Shown: piece by piece, positions 56,583-64,000 of the stretch
Layout: each line of letters starts with the position of its first letter
Numbering within the stretch: the first letter of the stretch is position 1
Assembly (NCBI GenBank): GCA_041288095.1
Contig: JBGGMJ010000188.1
Span: 64,001 to 128,000 of the forward strand
DNA: 64,000 nt
Direction: 5' to 3'
Source: Myxococcota bacterium
GTDB lineage: Bacteria > Myxococcota > XYA12-FULL-58-9 > JALHOP01
Made by a program: the position numbers and the translations under genes
The notes under the pieces: model-generated
Databases searched by the model: none
Told to the model about the DNA's origin: nothing
The model's input: the letters and a program-made list of their open reading frames with translations, nothing else

Positions 56583-56620
56583 CTGGTTGCCAACGCGGGG
56601 CCTTCTGGTAGGGAGGCCCC

Positions 56621-59026
56621 GTGAAAGCCCACCCGCTCATCGTGTTGATCGTCCTGACGGCCTGCGGTGGAGGCGGCAAGGACGGTCCCAAGAACAACAT
56701 CACCATCACCGCTTTGGCGGACAGTATGACGCTGCGCCAGGGCTCCCAGGCCTATCTCGGGCTCACGGTCGAGCGGCCCGCCGACTTGGGCGACATCACC
56801 ATCGTGCTCTCCGAGCCGGAAGGCATCTACGCTAACGATATCGTGCTCGTTGCCGGCGAGACCAAGGTCGTGCTCGAGCTCGCGACGAGCGTCGCGTCGG
56901 ACCTCGGCGCGTCGAGCTTGCTCATCTCCGCCACCGCGGACGGTGGTGACGGCAGCACGCGCGTGCCCGCCGACATAGCTGCGCCGTCGCCGTCGAGCGT
57001 CGACCTCATCAACCAGGCGCTCGAAGGCAGCGCCATCGACTATCCCACGTCCGTGCTCTACCGCGCCTACGCGCTCGTCGATGATCCGCGCTTGCCGGAG
57101 GCGTATCGCGGCGTCGCCGGCGAAGAGGATCTGGGTTTCTTCGTCGATGCCGCGGACCCTAGCCTGCCCGCCGAGACGCGCACGGCGCTCGCGCCTTTCC
57201 TCGTACGGCCCGCGGATCCGGCGAGCATCTGGCAAACGCTGGCGCCGACGAACCCGGGTGGCCTTACCGCCGCGGTCGTTCCCTGCAACGTTACGGACCC
57301 GGGCCAGGACGTGCAGGGCGGCTTCAAGACCGCGCGCGTCCAGGCGCCGATTCGTGTCTGGGTGCAGTGCACCGGAAACGATGCGGAAGACGACATCGTG
57401 CTCGCTTCCGGGCTCTCGTACGCGAGCGCCATGTACGGGCCCATGAGCACGCACATGGGACCGCCGGTGTTCGACGATGTCGCGGAGAACCAACCCGGCA
57501 ATCTCGATAGCGCAATCGACGTCTTCGTCGTCCACGATGGCGGCGCGTCCCTGCGCAGCGGGGTTACCCAGATCGGCAACGGTATCGCGGTGGCGACCGC
57601 GCCGTTCGCGGGCGACACCTCGAGCGGCTACATCCTCATCGGTCGCTCACGCGCCGAGAGCGCTGGTTTTCGCTCGACGATGATTCACGAGTTCTTCCAC
57701 GTGCTGCAGAAAGCGCACAATCGCAAGGTGATGTGGGAGCCGTCGGCGCTGGGCCCGAGCACCGAGTTCTGGTGGGTCGAAGCATCGGCCACCTGGGCGT
57801 CGTCGCACTTCGCGCGGAGCCTCGCGCCGGCGAACGTCTATTACCGCTTCGCGGACTTTCAACAGTCGCCGTCGTCGCTGCACCGATCGTACGCGGCCGG
57901 TAACCCGAAGATGTACGCGGCATTCATCTGGGGCTTCTGGGAGGAGCACGAGAGCGGCTCGCCGGAGACCATCGCGACCTCGTGGGTCGATCTGGAAGGC
58001 GTGAGTGGCTTCACGGCGGCGAACGAAGCGCTCGACGGCGTCTTCGATTTCGAAGCCAGGTTCCACGAGTTCGCGATAGCGAACATCAACGAGGACTACC
58101 CGCGGGCGCTCGGTCTCGACAAGCGCCACCGCGGACTCGATTCACGCTTTCCGGAGCCGCGCCCGCGTCCGAGCTACGCCGACGACCAGACCGTCAACGA
58201 GACGCGCGAATTCAGGCCCGGAGTCGACATCCCACCCTTGAAGGCCGCCTATTATCGGTACACGCCGCGCGGCGACGTGAGGAAAGTCGTCGTCCACTTC
58301 GACGAGATCACCACCCGCGAAGGGCTCGACATCGACGGCGTCATCAAGTCCGACGGTAACTGGGGTGTCGAAAGCTATAGCGGACTCGCCAAGAAGACCT
58401 TCTGCCTCGATCGCGACAAGGTCGAAGACATCATCCTCGTGCTCTCGAACCACGATCTGCCGATCACGCAGTTCGTGCTCGGCAACTTGCGCGTCGAGGT
58501 CACCGAGGCCCCGTGCAAGGCAACCTGGTCGGGCACCTTGCGCTACGAGATCTCGAGCGACGCTCCAGCCGGCAATCAGCACTCGATCGTCACCGCCAAC
58601 GTCGTGCTCGAGCAGGACGAAACTCGGGAAAGCAGCCCCTTCCTGCACTTCCTGCCGACCGGCACCTTCACGCTCACCAAGAGCGGCACCGTCGGCGGTT
58701 GCGTGCTGCAGGTGGGTGACTACCACGGCACGTTGTCGCCGGTGCCGGAGCAAGGCGAGCTGACGCTCGACCCCGCGACCGATCCCGTTCGCTACCAAGC
58801 GACCTTGCAAACGCCGATGTTCGCGCTGCATCAGCATGCGGATTGCGAGCCGCCGCAGGAGGACTACGACGTGGACACGCCGCAGATCTACTCGCTCATG
58901 CTCGTGCCGTTCGCGGACGGCAAGACGGCGTCGGAAGACGGCATCCACATCGACGGGACGAAGATGCTCGGGAGCGACTTCCATAGCGAAGTCTTCGAGT
59001 GGCACCTGACCCGCGACGTCCCCTAG
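56621..59026 (+). CDS. Lipoprotein zinc metallopeptidase (HExxH, gluzincin-like), copy 1
   Basis: LTAC lipobox; HEFFHVLQ...WWVEASATW. Confidence 0.82.
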   Translation: MKAHPLIVLIVLTACGGGGKDGPKNNITITALADSMTLRQGSQAYLGLTVERPADLGDITIVLSEPEGIYANDIVLVAGETKVVLELATSVASDLGASSLLISATADGGDGSTRVPADIAAPSPSSVDLINQALEGSAIDYPTSVLYRAYALVDDPRLPEAYRGVAGEEDLGFFVDAADPSLPAETRTALAPFLVRPADPASIWQTLAPTNPGGLTAAVVPCNVTDPGQDVQGGFKTARVQAPIRVWVQCTGNDAEDDIVLASGLSYASAMYGPMSTHMGPPVFDDVAENQPGNLDSAIDVFVVHDGGASLRSGVTQIGNGIAVATAPFAGDTSSGYILIGRSRAESAGFRSTMIHEFFHVLQKAHNRKVMWEPSALGPSTEFWWVEASATWASSHFARSLAPANVYYRFADFQQSPSSLHRSYAAGNPKMYAAFIWGFWEEHESGSPETIATSWVDLEGVSGFTAANEALDGVFDFEARFHEFAIANINEDYPRALGLDKRHRGLDSRFPEPRPRPSYADDQTVNETREFRPGVDIPPLKAAYYRYTPRGDVRKVVVHFDEITTREGLDIDGVIKSDGNWGVESYSGLAKKTFCLDRDKVEDIILVLSNHDLPITQFVLGNLRVEVTEAPCKATWSGTLRYEISSDAPAGNQHSIVTANVVLEQDETRESSPFLHFLPTGTFTLTKSGTVGGCVLQVGDYHGTLSPVPEQGELTLDPATDPVRYQATLQTPMFALHQHADCEPPQEDYDVDTPQIYSLMLVPFADGKTASEDGIHIDGTKMLGSDFHSEVFEWHLTRDVP

Positions 59027-59838
59027 CGGCGGCGCTTGCTCGACGTAGGCGCGGGCGCGGCTTTCGGGGCTTGCGGTTTGTGCGCGCGGAAATGCTCCCA
59101 CAAGAGGATCGAGGTCGCCTGCGCGAGGTTCAGGCTCTCGGTGCTGCCGGCGCCGGGAATGGTGAGGTGGAGCGCCGCCCGTTTCACGAGCTGCTCGGAG
59201 ACGCCCGCGTTTTCGCCGCCCATGCAGAAGAGAACGCGCGGCGGCAGCGTGACCTCGCCAAGGAGCGCCTTGCCGTGCGAGCTGGTGGTGACCACCGCGA
59301 TGTCGTGATCCGTGATGGCGGACAGGTCGCGGCCGAGATCGCGCAGCGGTACGTGCTCGACCGCTTCGGTGGCGCCTTGCGCGACGCGCACGGCTGCCTG
59401 CGAAAAACCCGGTGATTCGCCGGCCGTGAGCAGGTGATGCGCGCCGAAGTAAGCGCACGCGCGCGCCACGGCGCCGATGTTGTTGGGATTCTTGACCCCG
59501 TCGAGGAGCACCATGGCGATGGGACCGCGATGGCGGACGAGACGGCTCGCGAGGTTCGCCGCCATCAACGGTTGCTTCTTGCGCGCCACCAGGCAAACGC
59601 CGTCGTGGCGCATGGTCTCGGTGAATGCCGCCAGCTCCTCGATGGTGACTTCATACCAAGGCACGTCGTTACGCTCGCACCACTCGAGGATATCGGCGGC
59701 CTCGTCCCGCACGCGGTCGATGACGTAGACACGCGTGATGTCGCGCGGACGGCTCGCGAACAAGGCTTTCGCGGACTCGAGGCCGGCGACCTTGATCTCG
59801 TGTTTGAGCGAGGGCGGAATTTCGCGGAAACGAGGCAC
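59023..59838 (-). CDS. TrmH/SpoU-family RNA 2'-O-methyltransferase
   Basis: HDGV, LDGVKNPNNIGAVAR, MGGENAGVS and ESLNLA; start uncertain (59838 or 59865). Confidence 0.9.
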   Translation of the reverse strand: MPRFREIPPSLKHEIKVAGLESAKALFASRPRDITRVYVIDRVRDEAADILEWCERNDVPWYEVTIEELAAFTETMRHDGVCLVARKKQPLMAANLASRLVRHRGPIAMVLLDGVKNPNNIGAVARACAYFGAHHLLTAGESPGFSQAAVRVAQGATEAVEHVPLRDLGRDLSAITDHDIAVVTTSSHGKALLGEVTLPPRVLFCMGGENAGVSEQLVKRAALHLTIPGAGSTESLNLAQATSILLWEHFRAHKPQAPKAAPAPTSSKRRR

Positions 59839-59899
59839 TGCACAACCGCGTAACTCGCCTCGCAAGCACTAAGCAAGTCGCGGATACTCCGAGCGACGC

Positions 59900-60685
59900 A
59901 TGTTGCCGCTCGCGCTCCTGGTGCTCATGACCGCGACGCCCGCGTCGGTGCGGTGCGACGACGCACGTCGCGTCGTTCCCAGTGACGTCAAGAAGGGCAC
60001 GGCGGAGCTGCGCCGGGAGCTTACGAAGCGTCGCTTGCGCATCACCGACCTGCCGAGCGATGGCGTGGCCGCGCACCGGTTGCTGCTGGCACAGATTCGC
60101 ACCCGCGCCTGGTGCGGTGCCGACGAACAGCTGCGCGTCGTTCGCGCCAGCGTCGAGCGCATGCCGATGCGGAAGGCGCCGGCGGGCAGCGCCAGGCCCG
60201 GAGTGACCGCCTTCGCGGCCGGCGAAGAGCTACCCGAAAAGGAGGTTGCCGCGGGTTGCCCGGGCCTCGAGAAGAGCCGGACGGTCGGCGCCGTCCTCGA
60301 CGACTTGGCTACGAAGCTCGACACGACCCAAGTGCGGGCCATCGAGATCCGCCGCGGCACGAGTCTCCTCGAACAGCTCGAGCAAGCGGTGCGCCTGCAC
60401 GATCACCCCAAGGCGGTGAGGACCGCCTGCGTGCTCCGCTACCGTGCCGACCAGGTCACCGACGGGCTGGACCGAGCCATGGCGCGCTTCCAGAGAGTCA
60501 ACGTGCTGCGTGACACGAGGGGCGGTGTCGCCGAGGCGGAGAAGCCGCGATTCGAGTCCCTGGTGAACGAGGCGTCGCGGCAAATCGCCGCGCGCGATTA
60601 CAGCGGGGCGCGGGCGACCCTGGAAACCTTGCTCGTGTTTCTCGGCGATGCCGAGCGTCCCAGCGGCAATCTTCCGCGGCCGTAG
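59900..60685 (+). CDS. Hypothetical exported helical protein
   Basis: MLPLALLVLMTATPA signal peptide; four Cys. Confidence 0.6.
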   Translation: MLPLALLVLMTATPASVRCDDARRVVPSDVKKGTAELRRELTKRRLRITDLPSDGVAAHRLLLAQIRTRAWCGADEQLRVVRASVERMPMRKAPAGSARPGVTAFAAGEELPEKEVAAGCPGLEKSRTVGAVLDDLATKLDTTQVRAIEIRRGTSLLEQLEQAVRLHDHPKAVRTACVLRYRADQVTDGLDRAMARFQRVNVLRDTRGGVAEAEKPRFESLVNEASRQIAARDYSGARATLETLLVFLGDAERPSGNLPRP

Positions 60686-60724
60686 AAGATTGCCAACGGC
60701 ACTCCGTCTGATAGGGAGCCCGCC

Positions 60725-63154
60725 GTGAAAAGCCCATTCGCCATATCCTCGATCTTCCTCGCTCTCGTCGCTTGCGGTGGCGGTGACGACAAAGACGGTC
60801 CCAGGAACAACATCCACCTGACCCTGGGCGCCGAAGCACTCGAGACCAGCGTCGGCACGGCGGTGTACTTGCCGGTCACCGTCGAGCGCGCGGCGGGCTT
60901 GGGCGACGTCGTCTTGCTGGTCGAGGGTCCGGAGGGCGTGGGCGCCGCGGAGGTGATACTACCCGTCGGCCAAGACAGCGTCGTGCTCGAGGTGGGCGTC
61001 GCCGAGGACACCGAGGTCGCCAGCGCGGTCGTCACCGTGACCGCTACAGCGGATGGGGGAGACGGCTCGGCGACCCTGCCCATCGATGTGCGGCCCTACG
61101 CGCCCTCGAGCCTCGAGCTCATCGGCGCGGCGCTCGACGGCGGAGCCATCGACTACGAGACCTCGCTGCTCTATCGCGGCTACGCCATGGTGGGTGACGA
61201 GCGGCTCCCTGTTGCCTACCGGGGCACCAGCATGGGCGAGGACCTGGCGTTCTTCCGCGAGGCGCGAAGCAGCGAGCTTTCACCCGCGACGCAGACGGCG
61301 TTGGCCCCGTTTCTGGTACGGCCGATCGATCCCGCGAGCATCTACAACACCCTCGAAGCGACGAACCCCAGCGGCCTCACCGCTCAGACCTCCAACTGCA
61401 CGGAGTCCGACCCGGGCCAGATCGTCGTCAACGGCTACAAGACCAAACGCGCCGCCGTGCCCATGCGGGTCTGGGTCAAGTGTTCGGGCGACGAAGCCGT
61501 CGACGACGTCATCCTCGACTCGGCGGTGAGTCACGCCAACGACTTCTACACCAAGATGACCACCGACTTCGGCGTGCCGGTCTTCGACGGCGACGACGTC
61601 GGCACCACGGGGAACCTCGATGACTGCATCGACCTCTACATCGTGCCCGACGGCACCGCGAGCCTGCGCGGCACTCAAACGCACAGCGCCCGCGGCATCA
61701 CCGTCGACACCAAGCCGTACGCCGGCAACACCTCGAGCGGCTACATCCTCATCGGCCGCGGCCGCGCGCTCTCGAGCGGCTTGAAGTCGACCTATGCGCA
61801 CGAGTTCTTCCACGTGCTGCAGAACGCCTACAACATGACGTTCATGTTCGAGCGCGCCGGCGCTGGACGGCCGTGGATCGAGTTCTGGTGGGTCGAAGCC
61901 TCGGCGACCTGGGCTTCGACGCAATACGTTCCGTCGCTCGCCTTCGACGTCTACAACGAGCGCTTCCCCGGCTTTCAGCGCTCCAGGAAGTCGATGCACC
62001 AGTCGTACTCGACGAGCAGCGCCGATTCGCACTTGATGTACGCCTCGTTCATCTGGGGCCACTTCATGCAGCACCAGACGGGCGGCGTCGGCGTCATCAA
62101 ACAATCGTGGGATGCGCTCAAGCCGATCAGCGGCCACGAGGCCGCGACCAACGCGCTCGACGGCGTCTTCAAGTACAAGGACAACTTTCCCGACTTCGCG
62201 GTCGCGAACGTGAACGAAAATCTGCCCGACGCGCTGCCGCTCGCGAAGCGCCACAAGGGTCTGCGCCAGGACCGCTTCCCCGAGCCGCGGCCCAAGCCCA
62301 ACTACAGCGCCGACGAGAGGCTCGACGCCGTGGTCAACAAGCTCGTCACCGTCGAGGTCGCTCCCCTGCGCGCCCAGTACTTCCGCTACGCGATCGCCGA
62401 CAACATCAAGAAGGTGGTCATCCACTTCGACACGATCACGCAGGACGACGGGCTCGAGATCCGGACACTCGAGGACATGAAAGACGCGCCGTGGAAGCTC
62501 GAGAACCACACCGGCAAAGACAAGCAGACCTACTGCATCGATCGGCCCGGCGAAGAGCTCGAGGAGCTCATCGTGGTGCTCTCGAACGTGACCGTGCTGC
62601 CGTTCGAGAAGTTCGTGCTCGGCGCCATGCGTATCGAGACCTTCGAGCTGCCTTGCGCGGCGCGCTGGACTGGTACGCTATCGCGTACGACCACGACCAC
62701 AGTGCCGGGGCTCACCAGCACCGAGATCCGCACCGCCACCGTCTCCCTCGAGCAAGACACCGAGTCGCTGCTCACGCTCTTCCGGCCGACGGGGAGCTTC
62801 ACCTACAGCCGCGAGGGGACGCTCGTCGACTGCGAGCTTCGTGTCGACACGTACAATGGCACCTTCAACAAGGACCCCTTTCAAGGCGTCCTCATCCTCC
62901 ACCCGGACACCGACCCCATTCAGTTCGAGTCGACCGTGGTCACGGGGCCATTCCAGGTCGTGCAGCACGTGATTTGCCCGAACCCCGACAGCAGCTTCGA
63001 CACCACGCTGCCGCTCGACGAGGACATTTTCGTCATCTTCCGCCAGGATGGTTACACGGTCTCTGAAGACGGCAAGACGCTGTCCGGCACCAAGGTCGAG
63101 ACCTTCCCGAACGGCAGCGATACCCATACGTGGGAGCTGACTCGCGAGGATTGA
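60725..63154 (+). CDS. Lipoprotein zinc metallopeptidase (HExxH, gluzincin-like), copy 2
   Basis: LVAC lipobox; HEFFHVLQ...WWVEASATW; colinear with 56621-59026. Confidence 0.82.
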   Translation: MKSPFAISSIFLALVACGGGDDKDGPRNNIHLTLGAEALETSVGTAVYLPVTVERAAGLGDVVLLVEGPEGVGAAEVILPVGQDSVVLEVGVAEDTEVASAVVTVTATADGGDGSATLPIDVRPYAPSSLELIGAALDGGAIDYETSLLYRGYAMVGDERLPVAYRGTSMGEDLAFFREARSSELSPATQTALAPFLVRPIDPASIYNTLEATNPSGLTAQTSNCTESDPGQIVVNGYKTKRAAVPMRVWVKCSGDEAVDDVILDSAVSHANDFYTKMTTDFGVPVFDGDDVGTTGNLDDCIDLYIVPDGTASLRGTQTHSARGITVDTKPYAGNTSSGYILIGRGRALSSGLKSTYAHEFFHVLQNAYNMTFMFERAGAGRPWIEFWWVEASATWASTQYVPSLAFDVYNERFPGFQRSRKSMHQSYSTSSADSHLMYASFIWGHFMQHQTGGVGVIKQSWDALKPISGHEAATNALDGVFKYKDNFPDFAVANVNENLPDALPLAKRHKGLRQDRFPEPRPKPNYSADERLDAVVNKLVTVEVAPLRAQYFRYAIADNIKKVVIHFDTITQDDGLEIRTLEDMKDAPWKLENHTGKDKQTYCIDRPGEELEELIVVLSNVTVLPFEKFVLGAMRIETFELPCAARWTGTLSRTTTTTVPGLTSTEIRTATVSLEQDTESLLTLFRPTGSFTYSREGTLVDCELRVDTYNGTFNKDPFQGVLILHPDTDPIQFESTVVTGPFQVVQHVICPNPDSSFDTTLPLDEDIFVIFRQDGYTVSEDGKTLSGTKVETFPNGSDTHTWELTRED

Positions 63155-63215
63155 GCGCGGGGCGAGGCAACGAAAAGCGCCAACCCGCCGATAAAGTCTC
63201 AGGAAGGATCCTGGG

Positions 63216-63926
63216 ATGCGTGTACCTGCGAAGGTTGCTGGTGCCTGTCACCCGCTCGATGCGCCGCCGCCGAGGCAGGATTCCAGCGATCTGACCACGC
63301 TCTTCGCGCAGGCGAGCGCCGTCAAAGACGAGCTGCGGGCCATATCGGCGGTCATTGCCGCGGCTGGCGGGGGCAGGGTCGTCGACGAATGCGCCCTCAA
63401 GGAGAAGGAGAGTGCAGAGCGAAAGGTTGCCCGCAAGTACGGTGGCGAGACCAACCGTATCTGCGACCTCGTGCGCAATCGCATCGTCTTCCAGACCGAG
63501 GCTGCCTTGTATGCCGGTGCCGCGGCCGCCATCGAGCGTTACCCGGGCCTTTTCGTGCAGATTCACAATCGTCTCGTCGAGCCCAAGCCGAACGGCTACG
63601 TCGACTTCAGCATGTCGCCGCGCTTGTCGAACCGACACATTGGCGAGCAGCAGCTCCATCTCGAACAGATGCTCGAGGCCGCCGATGTCGAGCACGAGCT
63701 CTACAAAGACGCGCGCCTGTTACAGGCGGGCGTGCTCGGCAATCAACCGGGATTGGTCGCGATGTACGAAGCGCGGTCGGCGGCTATCTACAAGGTCGCG
63801 GCCGTGGCGGTGCGCGAGAAGCGGCCGCTCAACGAAGACGACCACTTGCGCATGCGCGCTTTCGTCAACGCCGCGTACCCGAACGCGGAGCCCGGTGTTT
63901 TGCTGCATGCGCGGATGATGCGCTGA
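63216..63926 (+). CDS. Stand-alone RelA/SpoT synthetase-like (nucleotidyltransferase) domain protein
   Basis: LKEKESAERK, DLVRNRIV, NR....P.PNGYVD, GEQQLH and HELYK. Confidence 0.7.
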   Translation: MRVPAKVAGACHPLDAPPPRQDSSDLTTLFAQASAVKDELRAISAVIAAAGGGRVVDECALKEKESAERKVARKYGGETNRICDLVRNRIVFQTEAALYAGAAAAIERYPGLFVQIHNRLVEPKPNGYVDFSMSPRLSNRHIGEQQLHLEQMLEAADVEHELYKDARLLQAGVLGNQPGLVAMYEARSAAIYKVAAVAVREKRPLNEDDHLRMRAFVNAAYPNAEPGVLLHARMMR

Positions 63927-64000
63927 CCTGAACGAGTGCCACCGCGGCACGCCTCCTCCGGGCCGCGCAGGCACGCCAAATGGGCCGGGGTCGATAATCC

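Noticed and set aside
387..63979. Many long antisense or alternative-frame ORFs (e.g. 11346-12464, 16804-18129, 19490-20725, 54079-55632, 61280-62509)
   Set aside because: Shadow ORFs expected at high GC; they overlap motif-supported genes and carry no recognisable motifs

Overview
GC-rich chromosomal window with strong Myxococcota hallmarks (AglRQS-like motor, GltJ/AgmX-like protein, CarF, TIGR02266-PilZ Hsp70, many lipoproteins). No CRISPR array, prophage or transposase is seen. Order: Wzx/Wzy polysaccharide locus in two divergent halves (1-9651); Cys-repeat/DUF4397 lipoprotein; CpxP-like protein with an OmpR-family two-component pair; RhlE-like helicase; class II photolyase; aglRQS-like operon; carF; treY; ndh; a sigma54-preceded degenerate heme-oxygenase-like protein; pld/EEP/PilZ/Omp85 run; phhA; mobA; MshEN/GltJ-like cluster; birA, nadC, PilZ-Hsp70; DUF4398/TSP3-exbB-exbD-tonB; an NtrC-family regulator followed by a structured ~500-bp intergenic region with a Pxr-like hairpin; tRNA-Ala(GGC). 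The best candidate for an undescribed system is at 51619-56582: lipoprotein, ECF sigma, membrane anti-sigma (DUF4384-like), exported caspase-family protease with a predicted beta-barrel, and a paralogous lipoprotein. The anti-sigma and the protease share an R-[VL]-K-G motif, which suggests caspase-driven trans-envelope signalling. Two duplicated HExxH metalloprotease lipoproteins, a TrmH methylase and a stand-alone RelA/SpoT-like domain follow. All family calls come from motif recognition by eye; no database searches were run.
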